64,000 nucleotides of DNA from an uncultured Gammaproteobacteria bacterium (GCA_964402565.1 CAYOCJ010000001.1:96079-160078), one strand, 5' to 3'; positions 16,260 to 26,242 are shown, numbered from the stretch's first letter. The notes: generated by a model not told the origin, from the sequence alone. Numbers and translations: made by a program.

Positions 16260-18287
16260 ATGACGAAAGCAGAACAGCGAAAGAAATTCCTCGACATTCG
16301 CGAACACAACTTCGCGCGCGTCGCAGTCGTGATTCCACGCGTGTACCTGTCTGATCCTGTACGCAATGCACAGGAGCACATCAGGCTGCTCGAAGCAGCA
16401 TACAATGCGGGCTGCGTGTACGCGGTGTGCCCTGAGCTGGGACTTACCGGCTATTCGAACGGCGACTTGTTCTTCAGCGATGCGCTGCTCGATGAGTCGA
16501 TGCAAAGTCTTCGGACCATCATGGAATGGACGAAGGGCAAGAACCTGCTTGTGTCTGTCGGGATGCCTTTGCGAGTCGGTGACGCACTCGCGAATGTAGC
16601 CGTAACCATTCGTTACGGTGTTCCGGCTGCGATCGCACCGAAATCCTACTTGCCGAATTACCGCGAATTTTACGAGGGGAGGCATTTCGCTCCGGCTCGT
16701 GATCTGCAGCTGATAAGCATGAAGTTCCTCGGCCACGATGTTCCGATCGGAAACAACATTCTGATCGATCTTGGCCGCGACCTGACCATCTTCACTGAAG
16801 TATGCGAGGATGGATGGGTACCGATTCCACCGAGCTCTCTGGCTGCGCTTGCAGGCGCGACGATCATCGCGAATTTGTCTGCGTCGAACATCACGATCGG
16901 CAAGGCTGCATATAGGCGAGATCTTTTCGTCGGAGCTTCCGGAAGGAATGTAGCTGCGCAGCTTTACTGTGCTGCCGGCTATGGCGAATCGTCGACCGAT
17001 CTCGCGTGGGATGGCGACGGATTCATCGCAGAACGCGGCGAACTCATGGCCGAAGTGAAGCGTTTCGAACGCGAGGGATCGTATATCATCCATGATGTCG
17101 ACCTGACGATGCTGCGGAATGACCGCATGCGCCAGACCTCGTTCTGGCAAAATGCGACCGACAACCGTCGCAATTTCATTCGAGTCATGGTCGATGAGGA
17201 AAGCGCGCTCAGCAGTTTCGGCAAGCCAATCGCTGACTACAGCACGCTCAAACGCTCGATAGCGCCGTTTCCGTTCGTACCTCAGAACGCTGCTTCGCGC
17301 GACGAGCGATGCCGTGAAACCTTCATGATCCAGGCTACGGCTCTTGCCCGCCGGCTCGAACAGATGCCGGATGCACAGCGGAAGGTCGTGATCGGGATCT
17401 CCGGAGGTCAGGACTCGACGCATGCTCTGCTCGTCGCAGTCCACGCGATGGATCTGCTGGGTCTGCCCAGAACCAAAGTCACGGGCATCACCATGCCGGG
17501 GTTCGGGACGACGAAGCGGACCAGAAACAATGCGGTTCAGCTGATGAAGGCGCTCGGCATCGTCCAAAAGCGCAAGTCGATCAACCGCATTGCCAACAGC
17601 TTCTTTTTTTCCGCCGAATACAACCCGAACGTTCATGGTACCGATCTTCTCGAGTTCGAGAACGCCCAGGCGTGGGCACGCATGCAGGTGCTCCTGAATT
17701 ACAGCTGCCGTCACGGCGGCATCGTGGTCGGCACCGGCGATCTCTCGGAGCTTGCACTCGGCTGGTGTACGTTCGGCGGCGACCATTTCAGCCACTACGG
17801 AGTGAATGGCGGAGTGCCGAAGACCTTGATCTCCTTTTTGATCGGTTGGGCTGCCGATAAGATCTTTTCGGACGAACCGGAAGCCCAGAAGGTCCTGAAG
17901 GACATTCTGGCGACGCCGATTTCGCCAGAGCTCAAGAAAGCTGCGGCAGACGGGACGATCGCTCAGCAGACCGAGTCGGTGATCGGACCGTATGCCTTGC
18001 ATGACTTCACGATTTACTACCTGATCCGCTTTGGTTTCCTGCCATCGCGCATAGCGAGGCTGCAGTATCACGCGTTTCGCGGTACGTACACGATGGCAGA
18101 GATCAAGAAGTGGATGCGTCTTTTCCTGAAGCGATTCTTCCAGACGCAGTTCAAGCGCTCGTGCCTCCCGGACGGACCGAAGGTCGGCCTGGTATGTATC
18201 TCGCCTCGGGGCGATTGGCGCATGCCGTCCGATGCGAATCCCGAAGCTTGGCTTCGGGATCTGGACACTGTTCCTGATGAGATCTGA
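16260..18287 (+). CDS. nadE: glutamine-dependent NAD+ synthetase
   Basis: Nitrilase triad PELGLTGY / [12 protein letters not shown] / VCED. Synthetase [39 protein letters not shown]. Confidence 0.95.
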   Translation: MTKAEQRKKFLDIREHNFARVAVVIPRVYLSDPVRNAQEHIRLLEAAYNAGCVYAVCPELGLTGYSNGDLFFSDALLDESMQSLRTIMEWTKGKNLLVSVGMPLRVGDALANVAVTIRYGVPAAIAPKSYLPNYREFYEGRHFAPARDLQLISMKFLGHDVPIGNNILIDLGRDLTIFTEVCEDGWVPIPPSSLAALAGATIIANLSASNITIGKAAYRRDLFVGASGRNVAAQLYCAAGYGESSTDLAWDGDGFIAERGELMAEVKRFEREGSYIIHDVDLTMLRNDRMRQTSFWQNATDNRRNFIRVMVDEESALSSFGKPIADYSTLKRSIAPFPFVPQNAASRDERCRETFMIQATALARRLEQMPDAQRKVVIGISGGQDSTHALLVAVHAMDLLGLPRTKVTGITMPGFGTTKRTRNNAVQLMKALGIVQKRKSINRIANSFFFSAEYNPNVHGTDLLEFENAQAWARMQVLLNYSCRHGGIVVGTGDLSELALGWCTFGGDHFSHYGVNGGVPKTLISFLIGWAADKIFSDEPEAQKVLKDILATPISPELKKAAADGTIAQQTESVIGPYALHDFTIYYLIRFGFLPSRIARLQYHAFRGTYTMAEIKKWMRLFLKRFFQTQFKRSCLPDGPKVGLVCISPRGDWRMPSDANPEAWLRDLDTVPDEI

Positions 18288-18312
18288 CGAGGAGTGACAC
18301 CTCGCAAAACCC

Positions 18313-18357
18313 AGGGTCCCCTGATAAGCGAAAGCTTTGACGGGGACCTTTTTTCTT
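18313..18357 (+). terminator. intrinsic terminator ending the NAD operon
   Basis: AGGGTCCCC...GGGGACCTT followed by a T-run. Confidence 0.7.
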
Positions 18358-18439
18358 CATTTGCATTTTTCTACGTCACACGTTAGGGTTGGAACGTAGA
18401 AGTTTTTTTTCAAACGTTCATTCAAAAGGGGTGGAGACA

Positions 18440-19579
18440 ATGTACGCAGCGCATGGCTTGATGAAACATGTATCGGATATCCCAACAATCGTGCTCACAG
18501 GGGGACCCTGTAGCGGCAAAACAACGGTTCTCGCCCACCTTATCAGCTGGCTTCGTGATCGCGGGTATCGGGTGTATGTCGTGCCTGAAACAGCCACACT
18601 CTTGATCAACGGGGGTTTCCCTGATCTGCCAAAGATCGCCGCAGAGAACTATCCGCGCTTTCTCGCCATTCAACGGCAGATCCTTTTCTTGCAGATGGCT
18701 TTTTTGAAAACCTTTCGCGAACTGTCGGACTCAGCGAACGGTGAATCGCAAGTCATCATCTGCGATCGCGGTCCCATGGATGGGCTTGCTTACGTCAAGG
18801 ATCGAAAAGATTTCAACTCTGTTCTAAAGTCGGTGCATCTCTCGAAGAAATCCGCGCTTGATTTCAAAGGGGTGATACACCTCGTTACAGCTGCGAATGG
18901 AGCCGAGGAGAGCTATACGCTCGAAAATAACACCGCACGTAGCGAGTCGGCTGAACAGGCGCGCATCCTGGACGACAAGACCCAGAAAGCATGGTGGGGG
19001 ACCGATCATCTCATAGTGATCGACGCATACCCGGATTTTGATCAGAAACTGCATCGCACGACTCAGGCGCTTGCGCGCATTCTGGGGATCCCGGTTCCGA
19101 TCGAGATCGAACGCAAGTACCTCGTTCAGTTGCCGATCGATTGGAGTCATCCGGTCCTGAAGGCGGCGGTTGCCTCAACGATCGAACAGCAATACGTATA
19201 TTTGTACGGCTCAGATGCCGTGGTGCGCATTCGTCGCCGCAAGCAGCAAGGTGGCTGGGTCTATACGCGGACGCGCAAGGAACGCCAGAGCGATCTTGTG
19301 AGAACGGAGATCGAAGCACGGATTACCCGTGAGGAGTACGACGCCTTGTCGGCATTTCGTGTACCGAACACGCGTATCATCCGTAAGCAGCGTCACTGCT
19401 TTGTTTGGGAGTCTCAGTATTTCGAGCTCGATGTTTTCGAGCAACCCTCAGGCAAAGCATTGCTCGAGAATGAGGCTACCGAAGAGAACGATCAAGTTAC
19501 CTTGCCGCCTTTTCTGAAGGTCTTAATGGAAGTTACCTCCGACCCCGCATACGAAAACCGAAACATGGCGAACTTGTAA
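18440..19579 (+). CDS. P-loop NTPase/kinase (AAA_28-like) fused to a CYTH domain
   Basis: LTGGPCSGKTT, VPETA, ICDRG, HLVTAA.GAE. CYTH EIERKYLV, RIR, K.R, FELD, LLE.E. Confidence 0.85.
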   Translation: MYAAHGLMKHVSDIPTIVLTGGPCSGKTTVLAHLISWLRDRGYRVYVVPETATLLINGGFPDLPKIAAENYPRFLAIQRQILFLQMAFLKTFRELSDSANGESQVIICDRGPMDGLAYVKDRKDFNSVLKSVHLSKKSALDFKGVIHLVTAANGAEESYTLENNTARSESAEQARILDDKTQKAWWGTDHLIVIDAYPDFDQKLHRTTQALARILGIPVPIEIERKYLVQLPIDWSHPVLKAAVASTIEQQYVYLYGSDAVVRIRRRKQQGGWVYTRTRKERQSDLVRTEIEARITREEYDALSAFRVPNTRIIRKQRHCFVWESQYFELDVFEQPSGKALLENEATEENDQVTLPPFLKVLMEVTSDPAYENRNMANL

Positions 19580-19596
19580 TACCGCCATAACCTAGC

Positions 19597-19624
19597 CGGG
19601 GCGAAGCGCTTGCGCTTCGCCCCG
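19597..19624. terminator. hairpin, possible terminator
   Basis: CGGGGCGAAGCGC-TT-GCGCTTCGCCCCG perfect inverted repeat. Confidence 0.5.
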
Positions 19625-19668
19625 CTTCATTTACCCTAGTCATAGAACTTCCTATCTGATATTCTGAT

Positions 19669-20166
19669 ATGCATATGGATTGGCATTTACTTTTCGGACA
19701 TAAGACAGTTGCCTTTTTCGACATCTGGACCATCGAACATATCGTGAGCGGCATTTCTTTCGGCTCGCTCGCTTTTTTGCATACGAGAAAGAAATTTTCG
19801 AATGTAGTCGCTCAGTTCGGCGCAAAGCTGGAGGAGCTTGCAGAAACGCATAAAGCAGTTCTCACTCGCTTCGATATCATTACTGTTCTGTTCATCGCTT
19901 ATTTTTGGGAGACGCTTGAGCATTATTTGGAGACTGGCTTGCTCGGCCCGAAAGTAATGTATTGGTTCCAGGGAGTTGAAGCATGGGACAATCGCTTCAT
20001 TTCAGATCCGCTCATGCTGCTGCTCGGTTATTGGATCGTGAAGCGCTGGCCAAAGCTGGTATGGCCGGCCCGCATTTTTTCATTTGTCTGGCTTTTTTTC
20101 CATATTTTCATCTTTCCGCATAGCATGTATCTCCAGGACAGTATCGCCCGCGCCTTCATGCATTGA
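19669..20166 (+). CDS. membrane protein with conserved His/Glu (DIWTIEH, WETLEH)
   Basis: Several hydrophobic helices with polar His/Glu/Asp motifs. Confidence 0.7.
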   Translation: MHMDWHLLFGHKTVAFFDIWTIEHIVSGISFGSLAFLHTRKKFSNVVAQFGAKLEELAETHKAVLTRFDIITVLFIAYFWETLEHYLETGLLGPKVMYWFQGVEAWDNRFISDPLMLLLGYWIVKRWPKLVWPARIFSFVWLFFHIFIFPHSMYLQDSIARAFMH

Positions 20167-20240
20167 CACGAAGCTGATTTCCTGATAGATTGTTCCGTTC
20201 TAACGTGCATGTCGCATGTTAGTTTGTTCATGAAAGGAGC

Positions 20241-20561
20241 GTGCGGATGACGCCTGCGCTGGCGGTTGCCAATGTCGTGAATGTGAGCTTCGAGCCCGGT
20301 TACTTCGCAAAAGTGATTGCGGCTCTCTGCAACCTCGTTCCCGCTGACCGCTGGATGCGCCACGAACCGGTCACACCGGAAGAGATCCAGTTCATGCTGA
20401 GCTGCGGACAGACCAACTTCGCCGAAGTTCGCGGCAGGTTCATCAGCGTCAGAGTGAACGACGGTGTCCTCGACGTGTCCGATTTCGCGCGCATCCACGG
20501 CATGAAAAATCTCGACGACGCCCTGGCGGACGTCGCGGGTTGTCCGAACATCCGGGTCTGA
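20241..20561 (+). CDS. hypothetical protein
   Basis: Own promoter (TTGACA-17-TAGATT at 20163), SD AAGGAG, terminator at about 20578-20638. Confidence 0.6.
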   Translation: MRMTPALAVANVVNVSFEPGYFAKVIAALCNLVPADRWMRHEPVTPEEIQFMLSCGQTNFAEVRGRFISVRVNDGVLDVSDFARIHGMKNLDDALADVAGCPNIRV

Positions 20562-20663
20562 CGACCGAGGTGCCACTTGCCCTGCTGTCTCCATTGAAGC
20601 GCATTGCTTCTGATGGAGCGGCAGGGCACTTTCTTTTTACTGAGGTCATGTTAGTATGCCAGT

Positions 20664-22016
20664 ATGAAAAAAATATTCGCAACTATTCTCCTGCAGTACT
20701 TTCGTTTTTTTGCCCGATTTGCCCTAGCAGCACACAGACCCGTGGTCATAGGCATTGCGGGTTCAGTCGGGAAATCATCGACGAAGGAGATTCTTCGCGC
20801 GGCTTTGCAGCCATTCGGGAAGACGCTGGCGACCGAAGGAAATTCTGAAACAGGGTTGCCGCTTTCTATGCTTGGCGTGCATGTAGAAGGGTATCGATTG
20901 CTCGATTGGATCCGATATGCAGCGCAAGCTCCATTCGGAATTTTTAATTTAGTCGGAGTGGATTTTCTTATCGCTGAGATGGGCATTGATAGTCCGCTGC
21001 CGCCGAAGAATATGGCTTACCTGCTCACGATCGTGGAACCAGATATTGCCGTCATCGTTCAGGAGTCAGCTGCGCATACCGAAAATTTTGAACCGTTGTT
21101 AACTGCGGAGGAGCGCGCAAACCTTTCTGATGAAAAACGCCTACAAAGGCTGATCGACCTGATCATCCAGGAGGACCTGAAAATGGCTATGACTGATCGA
21201 TGCACGACGCTCATCTATAATGCAGACAATGAGCAGCTTGCAAAATCTGTGAAAGCTCTGCAGGGCCAGGGTAAAAAGCTTTTTGCTTTCGGCTCATCGA
21301 ATCATCTGGATGTGTACTATCTAAAGTCGGCTATTTCTCTTGATGAAACGCGCTTTGATCTTATGGTTCTTGGCGCTCCGGTTACCGTGAAATATAATCA
21401 TGCGGTGTTGCCTGCGGAGTATCGTGAATTAACTGCTGCAGCGCTCCTGGCATGCTCAGCCGTCGGCGTCAATGTAAACCAAGCAGGCTCAGCAATCGAA
21501 AAAAACGTTGTATTGCCTAAGGGCAGGGCTACGATTCTGAAAGGAATCAATCATTCCGTCATTCTTGATTCATCATATAATGCATCGAAAGCCTCAATGA
21601 TCGCTTTTCTCGATCTGGTAGATCGTTTAAAGAAACAAACGAACAGAGTAGCGCTTGTTGTGCTTGGCGATATGCGCGAACTCGGCACTGAATCAAAAAT
21701 TGAACATGAGTCTGTCGCAAAAAAGATTCTTGAGGTTGCTGATCTTGCATACTGCGTCGGTGATCAAACGAAAGAATACGTCATGCCGCTCCTGAAAGAT
21801 AAAGTGCCGTCGAAGTGGTTTCAAAATTCAAAAGATCTGGGGAGCCATCTGAAAGAGCATATACCAGAACAAGCGATCGTGCTGTTCAAAGGATCGCAAA
21901 ATACCATTTTTTTGGAGGAAGCTATCAAATCGATCCTCGCAGATAAGCGAGATGCATCAGCATTGTGCAGACAAGAGGAGTATTGGCTGCGTACAAAAAG
22001 CAAGTCAGGATTTTAG
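20664..22016 (+). CDS. murF: UDP-N-acetylmuramoyl-tripeptide--D-Ala-D-Ala ligase
   Basis: GSVGKSSTKE, GNSETG, EMGID, DSSYNAS, LGDMRELG, FKGS. Confidence 0.9.
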   Translation: MKKIFATILLQYFRFFARFALAAHRPVVIGIAGSVGKSSTKEILRAALQPFGKTLATEGNSETGLPLSMLGVHVEGYRLLDWIRYAAQAPFGIFNLVGVDFLIAEMGIDSPLPPKNMAYLLTIVEPDIAVIVQESAAHTENFEPLLTAEERANLSDEKRLQRLIDLIIQEDLKMAMTDRCTTLIYNADNEQLAKSVKALQGQGKKLFAFGSSNHLDVYYLKSAISLDETRFDLMVLGAPVTVKYNHAVLPAEYRELTAAALLACSAVGVNVNQAGSAIEKNVVLPKGRATILKGINHSVILDSSYNASKASMIAFLDLVDRLKKQTNRVALVVLGDMRELGTESKIEHESVAKKILEVADLAYCVGDQTKEYVMPLLKDKVPSKWFQNSKDLGSHLKEHIPEQAIVLFKGSQNTIFLEEAIKSILADKRDASALCRQEEYWLRTKSKSGF

Positions 22017-22030
22017 TCGTATCCTGAGGG

Positions 22031-23242
22031 TTAGAGCGTAAGCAATGCTTTTTCGACTGCTTTTTTTTCGTCCCATTGTATTTCACCGTCTGCCATTGCC
22101 AGAGATTGCTCATGTCCTTTACCGGCAAGCACCAGTGTGTCGCCTGGCTTCGCTATGCTCACTGCAAAGTTAATGGCCTCTTGCCGGTCGGGGATGTCGT
22201 AGAGTAATTTTGAATTCTGCGGCGCTATGACGGTTGGATTGAGCTTTGTAAAACCTGAAATGCCTTCCGCTATCATTGCATTGATATCAGTTACATTCTC
22301 ATCGCGCGGGTCATCGGCGGTCAATATGATGACATTGGCATGATGAGAAGCGGCACGACCCATATCAGGCCTTTTTTGCGAATCGCGCTTACCCGCAGAT
22401 CCGAAAAGTACGATAAGCCTATGCTTCGTCGTTTCTTTAGTCGCTTTCAGGATATTTTCCAAAGCATTCGGCGTATGAGCGAAATCAACGATGACCCGAA
22501 AGTCTTTGTCATAGACGATCTCTTGCCTGCCTTTCGGCGCAGTGAATGATTCCAAAGAATCTGCTATCGATTGTTTTGAAATACCGAGCGTGTCCGCAGC
22601 AGCATATGCAGCCAATGCATTCATCATATTGAACGATCCAAGCAGCCGAAGGTTGAAAGGATATTTTGCAGGCGTATAGCGGGCTTTCTGATTCACTGCT
22701 GAATAGCTGATTACATTTTTTGTGCGCAGGGTCCGTGCGAGCAACTCGTATGACTTGTCGTCATAGTTGATGATCGCCGTTTCCGCAGCTTTCAAAAGTA
22801 TCAATTTTGCCTGAGAGTACCGTTCAAATGTTTTGTGATAATCCAGATGCTCATTGCTGATATTGGTCAGAATGCCGATTTTGAAATGAATACCCGCAAC
22901 ACGATGCTGGTCAAGAGCATGAGATGTTGTTTCAATCACCGCATGCGTACAACCCGCCCTGGCCGCCATGTTTAACAGTTTTTGTATCGTGAATGACGAT
23001 GGCGTTGTAACATGCAATCCGAGCTCATAGGGCATATCATCGATGAGGGCCCCAACGGTTGTAATGACTATCGCTTTTTTCCCAGCGCCGCGGAGAATGC
23101 GATACAGCATATGCGCGGTAGTTGTTTTTCCGTCAGTTCCGGTGATACCTATCACCGTTAACTTCCGTCCCGGAAAACCAAAAAAAATGTTCGCGAGAGC
23201 CGCCTGGAGCAGGTGATAAAAATTTTTAATTTCTTGCAGCAT
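22031..23242 (-). CDS. murE: UDP-N-acetylmuramoyl-dipeptide--amino acid ligase
   Basis: GITGTDGKTTT, HVTTP, ETTSH, EHLDYH, DFAHTP, DDPR, LAGKGHE. Confidence 0.92.
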   Translation of the reverse strand: MLQEIKNFYHLLQAALANIFFGFPGRKLTVIGITGTDGKTTTAHMLYRILRGAGKKAIVITTVGALIDDMPYELGLHVTTPSSFTIQKLLNMAARAGCTHAVIETTSHALDQHRVAGIHFKIGILTNISNEHLDYHKTFERYSQAKLILLKAAETAIINYDDKSYELLARTLRTKNVISYSAVNQKARYTPAKYPFNLRLLGSFNMMNALAAYAAADTLGISKQSIADSLESFTAPKGRQEIVYDKDFRVIVDFAHTPNALENILKATKETTKHRLIVLFGSAGKRDSQKRPDMGRAASHHANVIILTADDPRDENVTDINAMIAEGISGFTKLNPTVIAPQNSKLLYDIPDRQEAINFAVSIAKPGDTLVLAGKGHEQSLAMADGEIQWDEKKAVEKALLTL

Positions 23243-23244
23243 TG

Positions 23245-25692
23245 TTATCGGGATCCTAGTGAGCGAGCGAATTTTTTGAATTCATTTCCTTTTGCGATAA
23301 AATTTTTCCAGAGTGAGTAGCTCGGCGATGCGGTAGACAGGAGGCAGATGCTGCCGGCCCGCGTGTGTTTAAAAGCGAACGTGACCGCTTCTTCCATGCT
23401 TTTTGTTTGGAGTAGCGTAAATCCTTTCCGGGATTTGAGCATCCGTTTGCCGGTGTCCGGGAACAGGACGATATTCCGTATCTTATACGAGCGCAGTGTT
23501 TTTTCAAGCGCTTTGAAATCATAGCCGCGGTCTTCGCCGCCCAGCAAAATGGTATCGACTTTTTTCAGTGTCCTGATGGCCATGATGGTGGAATCCGGCG
23601 TCGTTGATATGGCATCGTCATAGAAGGTGATCTTTTTGAACGTACCGATATTCTCTAAGCGATGGGGGAGCGGTTTGAATTTTTTTATGGCCGAACGGAT
23701 TGCTGAGTCTGAAACGCCCAGGTGTCGTACCACATGAATTGCCGCACGAATATTGTATATATTGTGTTGTCCGAGCAGAGGGATCTCTGAAATTTTGAGA
23801 GGAATGCGCTCTGTGAATGGAGCTCTCAATGCGATATCTTTTGGCCCCTGATATTTAAAAATGTTTTGCTTCGCTGCATAGTATTTTTCCAAGCTGCCGT
23901 GGTAGGTCATGTGATCAGGAAAGAGGTTGAGGAGTAGCGCAATATTCGGCGAGTATTCGATATCATCGAGCATATAACTTGATAGCTCAATGACAAAGAT
24001 GTTCTTCGGATCATTTTTTTGTGCAAGCGAAACGAGCATGGGATTGCCGATATTGCCGATCAGCTTGGTTTTCTTGCCGGCTGCTTCCAGCATCGCATAG
24101 ATCAAGGAGACAGTCGTGCTTTTGCCTTTGGTTCCCGTCACGCCGATCGTGAAGTTTTTATTTTGTGAAAAAAAGATATTCGTCGCAGTAGTATAGGCGC
24201 CAGTCACTCTTTCTTTTGGAATCCCAGGCGTTTTGATGATGAGATCATAGTCAGCTTGCTTTTCCAAATATCGGCGGTCCAGTTTTTCATCGCCTATGCC
24301 AATGCGAATGCCGGGATATTTTTTTTTCAGGTAGCGTTTTGTTTCTTTTCCCTCAGTGCCATAGCCGAGCACATATATATTCTTAATGCCCAAGAAACGG
24401 AACGGTGTCGGTAAAGTCGGAGCATGTGTGGTTCTGAATACGGTCTCGATGAGTTTTTCTCTATGTTTGATTTTCGGGAGGAATGTTTTGACTATCAAGG
24501 TATCTTTGAATTTTTTTGACGCCATGGCAAGAGCAACCTGAGCTTCTTCGAAGGTACCGACGCAATCAAAGGGTTTGAACGTGCCGAAACCCAAAGTATT
24601 TTTATACAGCGGCAGCAGCTTTGGATCATCAAGCAGATTTTTCTTGAAGATTCCTATCACTTTTTCTTTAGGCAAAAATGGAGCAAGTATCAAAAATACG
24701 AAAGCGCATTTCGGGCATTCGCCGCACCAGCGCTTTCCGTTTTTTTCACGCGCGATCTTAAAGCCGATATTGCAGCTGGAAAAAAGGTAATGGTATTTCC
24801 CGTGCTTTGCGAACATCTCGGCAATGCGGATCTCGTAGAATTGCCGCAAGAGCGAGAAATAGGAAATATCCGCCGTGATGTATTTCCGCGTATATTCCTG
24901 AAGCATGGATTCAAATTCAGAGGACTTGCTCCATTGATGATTAATTTCCATTCCGCGATAGCGCATATTACCGAAGTTTGCACTTTGCTCATTGCCGACA
25001 ACGATATAGCGATACCCATAGAGCGCCGCAGAGAACAGGCCCAGGAAAGCGTAAATAGCTGAAATAGGAATATGACCGTTATATGAGCCGGGGTGAGCTG
25101 CGAAAATTTGCGGATCCAGTTTCCGCTGAATGTGAAGTGAAGGGTTTCCGATTTTTCTAATGACATCTGATACAACAGCATCCTTTCGCTGCGTTTCGAC
25201 CGCGAATGACGTTACATCAAAAGATCTGAGGAGCTCGGCGGCAACTATGGAGTCTTTCCCCCCGCCGATGCCCAGAAGCATTTTTTCAGATCTTGGGAAT
25301 GATGCTGGAGTCTCGCGTCTGACCTTCGCATGCGGAAATTTCGCGATCTGGTCCGGACGGAGCTTATTGCGGTAGAGGAATTCGCCTAAGCCTTTGCGAT
25401 ACACCGTATTCCAGAATTCAGCCTGGTCAGGCGACAATGCAAATGGCAAGCTCATTTTCGGAGGACAGTACAGTTTATAGTAGCTGATCCCCAACATCAG
25501 ATGCAGCGGCTCGAGGAATTTTTTGACCGTTGACTCAGGAAGTTTTTTTGGTGCGCGCGGCAAGATGATCTTCTCGGTAAACGTGAGAGGTTCGCGATTT
25601 GCAAAACTGATGGCATACGAAAAAGAAACGGTGCGTTTTTTCTCATCGTACCAATAGCCCCGGAAGTGGAATGCTCTTGATTTCGGCTGCAT
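23245..25692 (-). CDS. MurL epimerase fused to a MurD-like ligase
   Basis: N-terminal GGGKDS, NGHIP, NHQWSKS, SSCN, WCGECPKC, KPFDCVG (MurL). C-terminal GVTGTKGKSTT, GNIG, ELSSY, DH, HRLE, DDAIST, LLSTASPSY (MurD). Confidence 0.88.
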   Translation of the reverse strand: MQPKSRAFHFRGYWYDEKKRTVSFSYAISFANREPLTFTEKIILPRAPKKLPESTVKKFLEPLHLMLGISYYKLYCPPKMSLPFALSPDQAEFWNTVYRKGLGEFLYRNKLRPDQIAKFPHAKVRRETPASFPRSEKMLLGIGGGKDSIVAAELLRSFDVTSFAVETQRKDAVVSDVIRKIGNPSLHIQRKLDPQIFAAHPGSYNGHIPISAIYAFLGLFSAALYGYRYIVVGNEQSANFGNMRYRGMEINHQWSKSSEFESMLQEYTRKYITADISYFSLLRQFYEIRIAEMFAKHGKYHYLFSSCNIGFKIAREKNGKRWCGECPKCAFVFLILAPFLPKEKVIGIFKKNLLDDPKLLPLYKNTLGFGTFKPFDCVGTFEEAQVALAMASKKFKDTLIVKTFLPKIKHREKLIETVFRTTHAPTLPTPFRFLGIKNIYVLGYGTEGKETKRYLKKKYPGIRIGIGDEKLDRRYLEKQADYDLIIKTPGIPKERVTGAYTTATNIFFSQNKNFTIGVTGTKGKSTTVSLIYAMLEAAGKKTKLIGNIGNPMLVSLAQKNDPKNIFVIELSSYMLDDIEYSPNIALLLNLFPDHMTYHGSLEKYYAAKQNIFKYQGPKDIALRAPFTERIPLKISEIPLLGQHNIYNIRAAIHVVRHLGVSDSAIRSAIKKFKPLPHRLENIGTFKKITFYDDAISTTPDSTIMAIRTLKKVDTILLGGEDRGYDFKALEKTLRSYKIRNIVLFPDTGKRMLKSRKGFTLLQTKSMEEAVTFAFKHTRAGSICLLSTASPSYSLWKNFIAKGNEFKKFARSLGSR

Positions 25693-25753
25693 AGTACTGT
25701 ATTGCTATATAGTGACGTACTTATCCTACTGTAGTTACTGGAATTTTCCAAGT

Positions 25754-26215
25754 ATGAAGAAAAAGTGCATTGTTGTGTGCGATAATATCCGCAGTACCCA
25801 TAATGTGGGCTCCATTTTTCGCACGGCGGATGGAGCTGGTATTGATCATGTGCACCTGTGCGGCATCACGCCACGGCCACCGCGCAAGGATATAGACAAG
25901 GTTTCGCTGGGCGCTGAAAAAACAGTTCCGTTCACGTATCGTAGAAGTACGCTGGAAGTGGTGAAAAAATTGAGGACGCAGGGTTATCATATTGTCGCAC
26001 TTGAGAACAATATCAAAGGAGCGCTTGATTACCGCGAGTTTAGGCCACAGTACCCGCTTGCGCTCATCGTCGGCAGTGAAGTAGGCGGTATTGATCAGAG
26101 AGTGTTACAGAAAGCCGCACAAAAAGTTTTTATCCCAATGGCCGGAAAGAAAGAGTCGCTGAATGTTTCCGTGGCATTCGGCATTATCGCCTATGCGATA
26201 AGCCCGAAGGTGTGA
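25754..26215 (+). CDS. TrmH/SpoU family RNA methyltransferase
   Basis: NIRSTHNVGSIFRT, GSEVGG, IPMAG.KESLNVSVA. Confidence 0.9.
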   Translation: MKKKCIVVCDNIRSTHNVGSIFRTADGAGIDHVHLCGITPRPPRKDIDKVSLGAEKTVPFTYRRSTLEVVKKLRTQGYHIVALENNIKGALDYREFRPQYPLALIVGSEVGGIDQRVLQKAAQKVFIPMAGKKESLNVSVAFGIIAYAISPKV

Positions 26216-26242
26216 ACCCTCGGGCTTAGGATGATGGCCGCA

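Noticed and set aside
16227-18071. Long antisense ORFs (614 aa here; also 5752-6831, 8948-9979, 13187-13909)
   Set aside because: They are shadows of GC-rich sense genes with clear motifs, and have no recognisable domains or RBS.
2025-20640. tRNA-Ala as the integration site of the NAD island
   Set aside because: No repeat of the tRNA 3' end was found downstream (18311 CCAGGGTCCCC is only a terminator arm), and no integrase was recognised.
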